DNA of 64,000 nucleotides, taken from contig NC_087437.1 in assembly GCF_036321535.1 (NCBI RefSeq), forward strand, positions 116,810,001-116,874,000. The letters are read 5' to 3'. The notes under the pieces are model-generated. The model was given only the letters and a program-made list of their open reading frames with translations, did not search any database and had not been told where the DNA came from. Position numbers and translations under genes: made by a program. The DNA is from Camelus dromedarius. Taxonomy: Eukaryota. How positions within the stretch are numbered: the first letter of the stretch is position 1; each line of letters begins with the position of its first letter. Positions 1 through 10,720 of the stretch are shown here, piece after piece.

Positions 1-81
1 GACTCAGGAAATAGGGACCCCTGAGTGAATGGAGCTGGAGGAAAGTGCTTTTCCACCTGCAAGGGAGGAAATCCTGCCCCT

Positions 82-122
82 ACACCAGCCACACCAGCCA
101 CACCAGCCACACCAGCCACACC
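82..122. repeat. 9-bp tandem repeat (ACACCAGCC) x ~4.5
   Basis: Exact copies read directly from the sequence. Confidence 0.95.
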
Positions 123-169
123 GCTCCAGGTGACTCAATGGCGGAAACTCCAGTAGCAAAGCTTGTAGT

Positions 170-1375
170 AGAAAAGTGAGATGAATATTTATCCTAACAT
201 GGGTAGGAGGGATTTTTTTTTTTAAGACACAATAGGCATAAGCCGTAAGTTAAATGATTGGCTGTCGTTTTGTTTTGTTTATGGTTTCCTTTGTGGTGCC
301 GAAGTTTGTAGGTTTTATTAGGTCCCATTTGTTTATTCTTGCTTTTATTTCTATTACTTGAGTAGACTGCCCTAGGAAAACATTTTTGAGATGTATGTCA
401 GATAATGTTTTGCCTATGTTTTCTTCTAGGTTTATTGTATCTTGTCTTATGTTTAAGTCTTTGATCCATTTTGAGTTTATTTTTGTGTATGGTGTAAGGG
501 AGTGTTCTAGCTTCATTGATTTACATGCTGCTGTCCAGTTTTCCCAGCACCATTTGCTGAAGAGACTGTCTTTATTCCATTGTATATTCTTGCCTCCTTT
601 GTTGAAGATTAGTTGACCAAAAGTTCATTTCTAGGCTCTCTATTCAGAAACAGCCCAAATGTCCATCGACAGATGATGGGATAAACAAGATGTGGTGTAT
701 TTATATAATGGAATACTATTCAGCCATAAAAACAACAACATAATGCCATTTGCAGCAACATGGATGTCCCTGGGGAATGTCATTCTAAGGGATGTAAGCC
801 AGAAAGAGAAAGAAAAAGACCATATGAGATCGCTTATATGTGGAATCTAAAAAAAAAAAAAAAAGAAGAAGAACATAAATACAAAACAGAAACAGACTCA
901 TAGACAGAATACAAACTTGTGGTTGCCAAGGGGGACGGGGTGGGAAGGGACAGACTGGGAGTTCAAAATTTGTAGATACTGACAGGCATATGCAGAATAG
1001 ATAAACAAGATTATACTGTATAGCACAGGGGAATATATATAAGACCTTGTGGTAGCTCACAGCAAAAAAGAATGTGACAATGAATATATGTATGTTCATG
1101 TGTAACTGAAAAATTGTGCTCTACATGGGAAATCAACACAACATTGTAAACTGACTATAACTCAATTAAAAAATTTTTTTAAATGTTAAAAAAATATGTA
1201 AGATAAATGATTGGCAATTTTGACTCTGAAAGTTTGGAACTTTCATTCATCACAAAAAAAGGAAAGTGAAAAGACAAAGTAATACTTTTCATAACAAAAA
1301 AAGGGTTAGAATCAAGAGTATATAAAGAAATCCTGTGAAGTAATAAAGTCCAAACAACCAGTTTAAAAAGGGCAC
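170..1375 (+). mobile_element. Ancient, decayed L1 (L1M-type) ORF2 fragment interrupted by a young L1
   Basis: Flanks 170-262 and 1198-1375 resemble the L1 ORF2 3' region (tgggtaggagggattt...aagacacaa; gaatcaagagtatataaagaaatcct...aaacaaccagtttaaaaagggca). Confidence 0.6.
245..1215 (+). mobile_element. Young camelid L1, 5'-truncated with 5' inversion: inverted ORF2 piece ~262-645, sense 3' end ~646-1197
   Basis: The minus ORF 250-516 is L1 ORF2 (HSLTPYTKINSKWIKDLNI...WDLIK). Plus-strand L1 3' UTR and A-rich tail follow. 18-bp TSD gtaagWtaaatgattggc at 245-262 and 1198-1215 (1 mismatch). Confidence 0.93.
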
Positions 1376-1399
1376 TATATACAGTATACATAAATGGGC

Positions 1400-1416
1400 A
1401 ATATATACATATATAT

Positions 1417-1449
<33 letters not shown>

Positions 1450-1450
1450 T
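1400..1450. repeat. (TA)n/(CA)n compound microsatellite
   Basis: Seen directly. Confidence 0.95.
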
Positions 1451-1452
1451 GC

Positions 1453-2355
1453 AGCAGTTAACCACTTATCCATCGGAGATATATTCCAAGACCCCCAGTG
1501 GATTCCTGAAACCACGGATAGCACTGAACTCTCTGTAAACTATGTTGTTTCCTTGCTGATGTATCTGTGATAAAGTTTGATCTATAAATTAGGCACAATA
1601 AGAGACTAACAACAATAACTAATACTAAAATAGAACCACATAACAATATACTATAATAAAAGTTAAGAGAACACAGACTCGCTGCCTCTCAACATCTCTT
1701 ACTGTACTGTACTCACCCTTCTTTTTTTTATTTTTGATTTTTTATTGAAGTAGATTTGATTTACAGTGTTGTGTTAGTTTCGGCTGTACAGCAAGGTGAT
1801 TCAGCTATACATATACATATTCTTTTTCAGATTTTTTCATGATAGGTTATTACTAGACATTGAATGTGGTTCCCTGTGCTATCAGTAGGTCCTTGTTGTT
1901 TATCTATTTTATATACAGTAGTTTGTATTTGCTAATCCCAAACTCCTGATTTATCCCTCCCCCCCTTTCCCCTTTGGTAACTGTAAATTTGTTTTCCACG
2001 TCTGTGTGTACTCACCCTTCTTCTTGTGATGATGAGATGGTAAAAAGCCTACGCGCTGAGATGAGGTGACGGCGTGGGCACTGGGACAGCATTACAGTAC
2101 CACGACCTTCTGATGAGACCACAGACGGCGGATCATCTACTGGGTGATCATGGATCGTGAAGCCAAGAAAGTGGCCAGGGTTGGGGATCCCATGTAGAAC
2201 AGAGCAGGACAGTGAGATTTCATCACGCTGCTCAGAATAGCAGGCAATTTAAAAGGTATGAATTGTTCATTTCTGGAATTTTCCATTTAATATTTTTGGA
2301 CCCTCGCTTGACTGAAACCTAAGAAAGTAAAACGGCAGATGAGTGGAGATGACTG
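1453..2355. mobile_element. TcMar-Tigger DNA transposon (Tigger4/MER46-like) carrying a nested L1 fragment
   Basis: Matches the recalled Tigger4 consensus (ttccaagacccccagtgg...aaattaggcaca...ttctggaattttccatttaatattt). Degenerate terminal inverted repeats cagcagt.../...gatgactg. Confidence 0.8.
1708..2022 (-). mobile_element. Short L1 3'-end insertion (artiodactyl/camelid type)
   Basis: T-rich tail and L1 3' UTR in antisense. Perfect 16-bp TSD tgtactcacccttctt at 1708-1723 and 2007-2022. Confidence 0.92.
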
Positions 2356-2469
2356 AATATAGAGAAATACCTCATTTTGTCCCTTTCAGCCTCCCAGGGA
2401 CATGCAGACTTTCACCTCACCCCGGGGTGTTGGGCTCTGCACACACGTGCACACACACTCACTCACTCA

Positions 2470-2645
2470 CTGCCGATTAAGCACTTCATGTATTTTATCT
2501 CTTTGAATCCTCATAACAACCCTATGAAGTCACTGTTATTACCCCACCGCCCATTGTACAGATAAGTAAACTGAGGCTCTGAGGGGTGAAGTCTTATCTG
2601 AGGAATCAGCTCAGGCGTGGCAGTTCCAAGCTTCTGACACAGAGC
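2470..2645 (-). mobile_element. MIR SINE
   Basis: MIR core in antisense (aatcctcataacaaccctatga...cccattgtacagataagtaaactgaggc). Confidence 0.8.
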
Positions 2646-3479
2646 TGACATTCTTTTCTTGTCACCTCCAGGGCCCTACAGGCTCCCTACATCAACCCCA
2701 AGAAGGGTGGGCCAGGACAACCTCGTGACTACACAGACCCTGAGACTGACTTCAGTCACCACACTTTTCTGTTTACTTGTCGGGAGCTGGGTCTTTACTG
2801 TCTGCTTCAGAGGTAGGAGGGAGAGGACAGAAAGGCACTGCTGCATACACATATTTCTAAAGAGCCTTCCCATTCTCCTTATTGCAAAGTGAAAAATATG
2901 GGTGGAAATGGGCTGCCCAGCTGGCACCTTTTCCCCTGTTAGAAAAGTCTGCCCTCTCTCCAGGGAGACCCAGGTGCTCATCAGGGCTCATAAATCGTGC
3001 AATGAGCACAGGCAGGCTCAGTTCCCTGGAGCCATCCTTTGGGTGCCTGGTGCAGTGTGCAGCCTGTGCAACTGTACATGGCAACCCATGAGAGAGAGGA
3101 GACCAGCCTCGGGTGCAGTGGGCTGAAGGCAGCTTTTACTCAAGGCTGGCTTTGCCAAACCTCCTGGTGCCATGCTCAGAGGAGAGGAGGGACAAGGAGA
3201 AAGACAAGCCAGCCTACTCCCAGCAGCAGATCTGTCCAAGAGAAATGTGCCTTTTCCTAATGCCACCAACTGTGCCAGAAGTGTTTCTCCACTGGTCTGT
3301 CTCTCTGTTGCTCTCTTCTCTCTCCCTCTCATTATCTCTCTCTGTCTCCGTGTCTCTCTCTGATAGATTCTATTTAGGTTTGTTACAACAAATAAATGCT
3401 ATGCTCACATAGATGGCATTTCGAAACTGAGGAGGACTTCAGAGAAACGCTTCTTTCAGATGGTGGGCCTGAACCACGC

Positions 3480-3520
3480 CTGGGATTGGCCAGGGACACC
3501 GTTGCCAGGGCAACGCGGCT
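3480..3520. promoter_or_regulatory. RFX X-box with adjacent inverted CCAAT box
   Basis: cGTTGCCAGGGCAACg at 3500-3515 (7-bp inverted arms) and ATTGG at 3485-3489, in non-repeat sequence containing CpGs. Confidence 0.6.
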
Positions 3521-4014
3521 CCAGCTTCCTGCCTGACTCCTGCATTAGGCACCACCTTCACTGCCCTCGGCGACACTGCTGGTTATTAAAGCACCTTGAT
3601 TAACTCAGCTTTGGTGTAGGGGCCGTCACCGTTGCTCCAGGGATGAGCGCCCTCCACCCTCTTGCTGAGGGAAGCCCGTGAGCCACTTCTGGCCTTTCTC
3701 ACATTTAGGGCTGTAAGAAATTTATCTCCAAAGGGTTCTCAGTGAGACTCTTCCTTTGCCTTCCACAAGGCAAAAGGTTCCCTTTACCTCGCTGAGGCAC
3801 ATCGGATTGTGTAAATACTCATGTCTTTGAGAAGAAAACCAGTCCACCGTGGGATGCGTCTCACCCACAGCGCGGTTACAGCCAGGGGTCCCAGTGCTGG
3901 GAGACAGCGACTGGGGCGGGTGCAGCCCTGCTTTCTGGACCTCTCCCAGGAAGGAGGGATGGAGGAGAGGGAAGGGAGGGAGGGACAGGGGAGGCCGTGG
4001 ACCCAGGCCAGGCA

Positions 4015-4470
4015 GAGGGGATCCTTACCTGGATCCAGGAAGATGAATGGGAAAAAATGACATTTTTATTTTCACTAGCCTCTAACTGAAATTCATCATT
4101 TCCTCCCAATAGGCATGCAGACAACCACCACAGTATGCTTGTCCTCGCTGCGTTCCTGACAACATGACGAACCACAGGTTCACAGGTTGCTCCCTCCCAT
4201 GTTACCTTTACTGCAGACGTCACGACACATCACTTCTGCCGACCGCTACTTCAGAATCACCCCAGGTGTGAGTCCCCATGGGTCCCGTTATGATACAGAG
4301 TATATGTTGCTCTATAATTCATTTGTTTGACAATTTTATCTTAATATAATTGATTTCCTTTATAACCTATGTGTTTTATTCCATACACTTAAAAACCTTA
4401 TTCTGAAAGGTGGTCTACTGGTTTCACAGACTGCCAAAGAGGTCCAGGGCATAAATGGTTCAGGACCGCA
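4015..4470 (+). mobile_element. hAT-Charlie DNA transposon (MER113-like)
   Basis: tttattttcactagcctctaactgaaatt ... ttattctgaaagg...gactgccaaagaggtcc. Homologous to the copy at ~42.76-43.22 kb. Confidence 0.7.
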
Positions 4471-4826
4471 GAGAGGAAAATATTCTACCACTAATGTTGT
4501 CTGCAATTATCAGTGTTTTTGCCCCTCTTGGAGTCAGTCAGTGGCACCTTGCTAAGAAAGGTACTTGGCTGTATCCATCTCTCATTCAATAGGTTGATTT
4601 ATCAATACATACAAAATTCTGGATTTATACACACATAAGGTATGGAGAGGGGATTATGTGCAAAGAAAATTAAGGATCTTATTTATTTACCTCTTTTTTT
4701 TTTAACCATTCTAGCCCATCAAAGTCATTCCAAAACGACACACACAAACGAGAGCTGATAAAGTTGACCAAAACTTTCTCGTGGGGAAAAATATATTTAA
4801 AACATTAAAACCCAAGGCAAAGGGAA

Positions 4827-4954
4827 GGGGGAGAAGGTATAGCTCAGTGGTAGAATGCGTGCCTAGCAAGCACAAGGTCCTGGGTTCAGTCCCCAGCACC
4901 TCCATTAAAGATAAATAAATAAATAAATAAATCCTAATTCCCCGCCCCCCAAAA
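4827..4954 (+). mobile_element. Camelid tRNA(Ala)-derived SINE (Vic-1 type)
   Basis: A box tagctcagtggtaga, B box-like ggttcagtcccc, (taaa)n tail and cctaattccccg end. A short L1 3' tail follows at 4955-5006. Confidence 0.9.
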
Positions 4955-5882
4955 CGTATACAGTATTGTATGTCAATTATATCTCAATAAAACTGGAAGA
5001 AAAAAAATTTTTTTAAGATGCAAGAAAATTAAAGGTTTTAAAAAAAGATTCAAGGCAGGGAGGTAATAACACAAAACTCACTATAGACCACAGAAGCTTT
5101 TCTTATTTAAAAGCTAATCCTGTTTCAATTAATTCTACCAAAGTAAAGACTCTGAAGCAGGATGCTCTCCAAGGCAAAACGAGCACGCACAGCCTCTGAC
5201 CTTCGTGCCTCTGGCTCTTCCCGTCTTCATACAGCTGCTTCGCGGTGGGATTCACACCCAGATCAGTCTGAGTGGGGCACACGCTCCAACCATCCTGCCT
5301 GCCCGGGCCATTGTTCGGGGGGAGGGAAACAGGCATCAGGGAGTTAAAGGAGTTTGGCCAGACCCGCCTTAGGTCATTTCGGAAACCCTCTGTGTAGCTC
5401 CCGCCCTGCCCATTAACGGGAGGACATGAACTGGAACTGTCAGAGTCTAAAAGGAAACGCTTCTCTCCCTGACTTTGCTTGCTTACTCTTCATCCTTCAA
5501 AGGACAGCTGTTGTGCAGAGACCAACCCGCATCAGATAAAAAGCACAGGAGCCCCATCTAATCCAGCATCTCTCCTTGGGCAGCAACTTAATAGCCACCT
5601 GACTCAACAAGTCCATCATTACGAGCAAGACTGCTACTCAGCACGGACACCACCCTCGGTCGTTAGTTCTAAGAGCTGCGTGATGACCGGGGAGTCCGCG
5701 GCCCCGCGGGACTTGGTCTGAGCTACCACTTCATCCTGATGACGGAAAAGCAGGAACGTGGAGGCTCGGTGACTGGCCCCCGGCCCAGCAGGATAATCAA
5801 TGGCAAGATCTGAATTCAACTGCAAATCCCTTCTCCCAAGCGAGGGCTGTGGCAACCCCTGCTTTGCCTTTGCAACCAACAC

Positions 5883-6360
5883 TATAGATACATAATTTCC
5901 ATACAATACAATGCATCTAGTTTTTCATTTTACTTTTTATTGATGGCTTACAATGTTGTGTTAATTTCTGGTGTACAGCATAGGGGTTCAGTTATACAGA
6001 TATATATTCTTTTTCATATTCGTTTTTGTTATAGGCTATTATAATTTATTTAATATAGTTCCCCATGCCAAACAGTAGGACCTTGCTGTTTATCTGTTTT
6101 ATATATAGTAGTTAGTCAAATACATCTATCTTGTTTGTACTGTTCAATGAGGTTTGACAGATGTAAACAGTCATGTAATCAACACAACAATAAATATATG
6201 GACCGGCCCCAACACCCCTCAAAATTTTTCTCATATGCTTTTGCAGCCAATCCCACTCCCAGCCCCTGGCAACAGCTGAATGGATCTCTGACACTGAGTT
6301 TGACTTCCCTTTTCTAGAACTTCCTATGAATGGAATCCAATATAAATTTCTTATAAATGG
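5883..6360 (-). mobile_element. Old L1M 3' fragment with a nested younger L1 3'-end fragment (~5920-6115)
   Basis: Antisense L1 3' UTR motifs. The inner insert is flanked by aatgcatcta/aatacatcta. Confidence 0.7.
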
Positions 6361-7334
6361 AAGCAGGAGGCAATGTCTGCTGAGCGTTGACAATTTCCTG
6401 GGTTCTGGGGAGGTCAGAGGATATTTACATCCACGCCATTTGAAGGCACTTCTCCGTCCTAAGTGGTGCGCCTTCCCACGGTGGCAGTTGGAAGAAACTG
6501 GTTGAAACAGGAAGGAAGAAGCACTGTACCAAGTCTCCCGCCCACCACTCCCCACACCTCCCTGCACCTGGCCCTTTCTCGGTCTGGTTGCCATGGCACA
6601 TTGCCCCACATCATCTTTATAGGTGACACGACATGTTGCCTTCTGTCCCCAGTGTGGCTCTGGTCAGCTTCTTTCATCGTCTCTTCTCATCCGCACCCCT
6701 TCCAGGGCCCTGCATCCTTCCAGCCTCTCCATCCTGTCTCTGATGTCCACGCACCATATCCACCACTGGCTCCTCCACAGGCCCCGGCACTTTGCTCATT
6801 GTTTAAATTCCTTCCTTCCTCTGAACACACCAGCATTTCAGTAATGACAGAATGTTGGCCTTGGGGTGTTTTCTTGGCCTCTTGGGCCCCCTGGACTCTC
6901 CTTAGGGCATGTTTTCATTAGCGAGGCACAAGCCGGTGCCCTTCTTCTCTCCCTCCCAGTGGATTTGAATGAAAACCTGGGGGGCTGCTCAGAAAGAAAA
7001 TTTTACAGAAGAACACCTGCTTCCTGGCACAGACAGGTGTTGCTGATCCGGCCTCCCTCTGTCAGATGAGACGGGCCCATCTCTCAGAGCCTCAGTTTCC
7101 TCTTCAGAAACCTGGGCTCAGAGTGGTGAGGGGAGCCCTCCTCACCTGGCCTCCCTTGGAGCCACAGAGCCCGGTATGTGTTCACTGTTGTTGACACGCA
7201 GCTCGCAGTCCCGGGGTGTGTGAATGAACAAAAACACTGAGAGCCACACCCGGCCAAGCCCTCCTTAGGGTTCACTTTGTAAAAGCCTCGTCTCAGGTAA
7301 ATAAAACCACGTCCTTTGTTTCCGAGCTGCCTTC

Positions 7335-7885
7335 GGCACAATGGTCCCCAAAGATGTCACATCCTAACCCCGAAACCCGTGAATATGTTGTGCTGCACGG
7401 CAAAAGGCACACTTCAGGGGTAATTAAGTCTCACACTTTAAAATAGAGAGATTATTCTAGATTATCCAGGTGAGCCCAGGCTAACTGCAGGAGCCCTTGA
7501 GAGCAGAGAACTTTGGCTGGCTGGAAGCAGAGGAGACAAGCAGCCAATGGCGAGTCAGAGAGATTCCAACAATGAGAAGGCTTTGTCCTGGCTTTCCTGT
7601 CTCTGAGATGCAGGGACCATGTCCAAGGAGCAGAGAGAGGCCTCTAGGAGCTCAGGACGGCCCCCAGCTGACAGCCACAAGGAAACGGGACCCCAGTCCT
7701 ACAACCGCAGGGAACTGGGATCTGCTCACAACCTGGAAGAGCTTGGAAATGGGTTTTCTGAGCCTCCCTATGACAACCCTTCAGGTCAACACCTTGATGT
7801 CAGCCCGGGAGACCCGAGGCAGGGAAATGGGCTGAGCCGCCCTGGCCTCCCGACCCCAGACCTGCACGTGGTCAGAGCGGTAAGT
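7335..7885 (+). mobile_element. ERVL-MaLR solo LTR (MLT1D/E-like)
   Basis: cccaaagatgtcacatcctaacccc...gagattattctagattatccagg...ctgacagccacaaggaaacggga. Confidence 0.8.
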
Positions 7886-8203
7886 CCCTTCACTCCCCGC
7901 TGATCTCTCCGTGGCCCCAGTGCGTCAGAGTCAAGTCCAGCCTCCGCAGCACCACGAGGCCTGTTGCCTCTGTCTCTTGGCCACGCGCTCATCTGCCACC
8001 TTCTCCTCCAGCTGACCAGTCTCCACGCTGTGCTGGTGATCTCCAGGCACATCCCTCCCTCAGACCCCTTCACCCTGAATGCACTTGCCCGGCATTGCCT
8101 CTTCCCTCACCTCCACGGGGACTTTGTTCAAATGTCACTTCTCAATAAGACCTGCCTGTATTTTCACTTATTCATTTTATTTACCATCTGGCTTTTCTAC
8201 TAG

Positions 8204-8420
8204 ACCAATGGTTCTCAGCTGGAGATGGTGTCCCCTCCAACCCTGGGGACAGTTGGCACTGTCCAGAAACATTTTTGATTGTCACGAATGACTGGAGATG
8301 CTACAGGCATCTGGGTAGAGGCCAGGGATGTTGCTAAACATTCTATGATCCTCAGGTCAGATCCACAGCAAAGAATGATTTGGCCCAAAATATCAGTAAG
8401 TCTGAAATGGAGAAATCCCA
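8204..8420. mobile_element. MER20 (hAT-Charlie)
   Basis: caatggttctcagctgg...ggcatctgggtagaggccagggatgttgctaaacat...gagaaatccc. Confidence 0.85.
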
Positions 8421-8869
8421 TCTTAAACTAGAAACTCCATGAGGACAGCAATTTCCTTGTCACTACTGTGTCTCAGAGCCTCGGACAGAGGCTGGCAGGA
8501 GCAGGTGCTCCGTGGACGCGCTGGAGTGAGTGAACACGTGGAAGATGGTTCTGTAGGACCCGGGAAGTGCTTGCCCATCCATAGCCGGCTGGTCACTGGT
8601 CATCCATCATTGTTCCTCCCTTTCCCAAAGCTGGAAAAAACTCAGCTTTCCCTTTTCTGCATTCCCTGCCTGGGGTCCACAGGGGCCCCTCATCACTGTG
8701 CCTGGGCCCACACCCTCGCCTCCACCCTCCCCCAGCCATCTCCATCCTCCCAACCAGGAAGCTATGGGGGCCGCTGGGATCCCAGCTGCAGGAAGTGGAA
8801 CAAAGGAACCAAAGCAGGCCCTTCCTCTGTCTTCCAAAAAGCATCCTCTCCCTTTCCTTTCTGGCTTAC

Positions 8870-9076
8870 CTGGGCTTCACATTCAAGAATTCAGGGATGG
8901 AGGGAATCAGACCCCTCTCCCGGGGGGAGACCAGTGCTAACAGTCTGCTCCCTCTGCTGGGGGATGGCCAGGGTCAGCGCAGCCTGATTCTCAGCAGCTG
9001 CTTTCACAAAGTAAGTGAGTGGAGAGGCCCAGGAGTCTTGTAAACAAAGCCACAGTCGCTGGGGAAGCCTGCTGAG
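8870..9076 (-). other. Candidate non-coding (5' UTR or lncRNA) exon, 207 nt
   Basis: Minus-strand acceptor tctcttctctttcttcctgtggttttcag| and donor CAG|GTAAGC. All three frames contain stops. Confidence 0.4.
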
Positions 9077-9839
9077 CTGAAAACCACAGGAAGAAAGAGA
9101 AGAGATTTAAGCGATAGGTCTCCAATAAGGCTTTCTCCCAGAACCTAATGTTCTGGAAAAACCTTCCTAATTAGTCATTAATTGGTACATTATCAGCACC
9201 GTGTGCCAAGGATTAAGTGGGTAATTTCCATTATTTCTCAAGAGCAAGGTAATGCGTCTAACCAGCCAGGCAAATAGCCCCTTCGCTCCTGTCCCAGCCG
9301 CCGAGGCCAGCCCTCCGCCAGCTTCGCAGAACCAATACCCATCTCCATCTTTGAGGCAAACTCCTGAGACTTCTGTCTCCCCAGCCACATGGAGAAGCAT
9401 TTCTACCATTTAGACTGATCTTCGTTTCCCACTGTTGGGTATACACTTTTTTGAGAATGGATTTTTCCTCTTAAAGGACAGCCCGGGGAGTCTCATTCTA
9501 CCGGGGAACTTCGTGTTTCCAACCTCTTGGTCATTCAAGGAGAACACTGCAGGTAATTTTAGCATCACTAATTGGCTCTGCTAAAGAAACTTATTTTAAA
9601 TGAGTATGATTCAGCTCTTAATCATAACATTTTATTATACTGTCGGTACAAAAAAAAAAAACCTAGACTTTATCCTGCCCTAAAAAAATATAATTAAGTC
9701 ATCTTAAAGTTTGGTCACTCTCTATCGGTCAAAACTTTCTATATTTCCATATTATCCAGAGGTTTTATGGCCAAGGGTCCCCTTCTATAAGGGGAGGTCC
9801 CCAGGTCTCCTGGATCTGCTGGGACCGCAGGGATGGGGC

Positions 9840-10720
9840 AGCCCCTCCTCCGCAGGCAGGGAGGAGAGGACCTCTCAGAAGGAGAAGCAAAGAGGAGCTG
9901 AGTGAGGGTGGGGCGATAAGCGGGGCGCACGGAGCACTCCTGCCGGGCAGGAGCGCAAGGCAGAGGCAGTGCATCCCCCGGACTGCTGCATCTGGCCGGC
10001 CCGCCGGTGGGGGAGGGGCCGGAACCTGGTGGATGGGGACCGTGTAGGGAATTAGAGAGCATCCAAGGCGTCTTCAGATGGGAACAGAAAGCCCTCCTCC
10101 TTCTCTCTCTTCTCTCAGAAACAGAGACACCGAGGAGGGAAGACACGTGCCCCAGGGCCCGGAGGAGGAACGCGGGACATGCGCAAGCCAGCACCGCGAT
10201 GGAGACGCATGCGCCATGAGTCTGCAGGACCAGCAAAGGACCCGGTGCGTTAAAACCTTGACGCTGCTAGCAAGGGAGTGTCTCGGGATCTCCCCAGACG
10301 TGGTCCCTCCCCCCATCTTTTTCTTCTTTTTTCTCTGCTCCTCTAATTTGGGTTGTCACTCACTCTTAGAAGAACTCCCACATCCCCTGTGGGACAGGTT
10401 TACCGCAACTGTTCTGCTCTGCACCCTCCTCCCCGCCTTTATTTTTGGAAGAGTCTGGGCACCAGCAGGCCCCTTGCAGTGCCTCCGAGGTGTTCTCAGT
10501 GCCTCGCACGTGACAAACACACCATAAATGTCAACGAGTTTCCCTTGAGTGGTCCAGGAGATGGCCCTTTGCAGACTGCAACAAAAGGTCAAAGCGGTCT
10601 GCCGGGGGCGCACATGACAGAGAACCCGGGTCGGGGGAGGCCCCTCCTTCCTAGACGCCTGCGTTCTGGGTACCTTGCCAGTGGGCCTCCCCTAGCTCTT
10701 AAGACAGCCCCCCGGTTTAG
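9840..10720. promoter_or_regulatory. CpG-enriched promoter-like region
   Basis: High local CpG density, GC boxes (ggggcg), NRF1-like catgcgca/gcatgcgc around 10180-10215, CACGTG E-boxes. Confidence 0.5.

Noticed and set aside
82..122. CRISPR-like or other prokaryotic repeat array
   Set aside because: It is a simple tandem repeat without spacers, and the whole window is mammalian DNA.
4827..4905. tRNA-Ala-like genes (also ~17030, ~20110-20184, ~40700)
   Set aside because: They have degenerate stems, a shared (taaa)n/cctaatt tail and, in some copies, TSDs, so they are SINEs rather than functional tRNAs.
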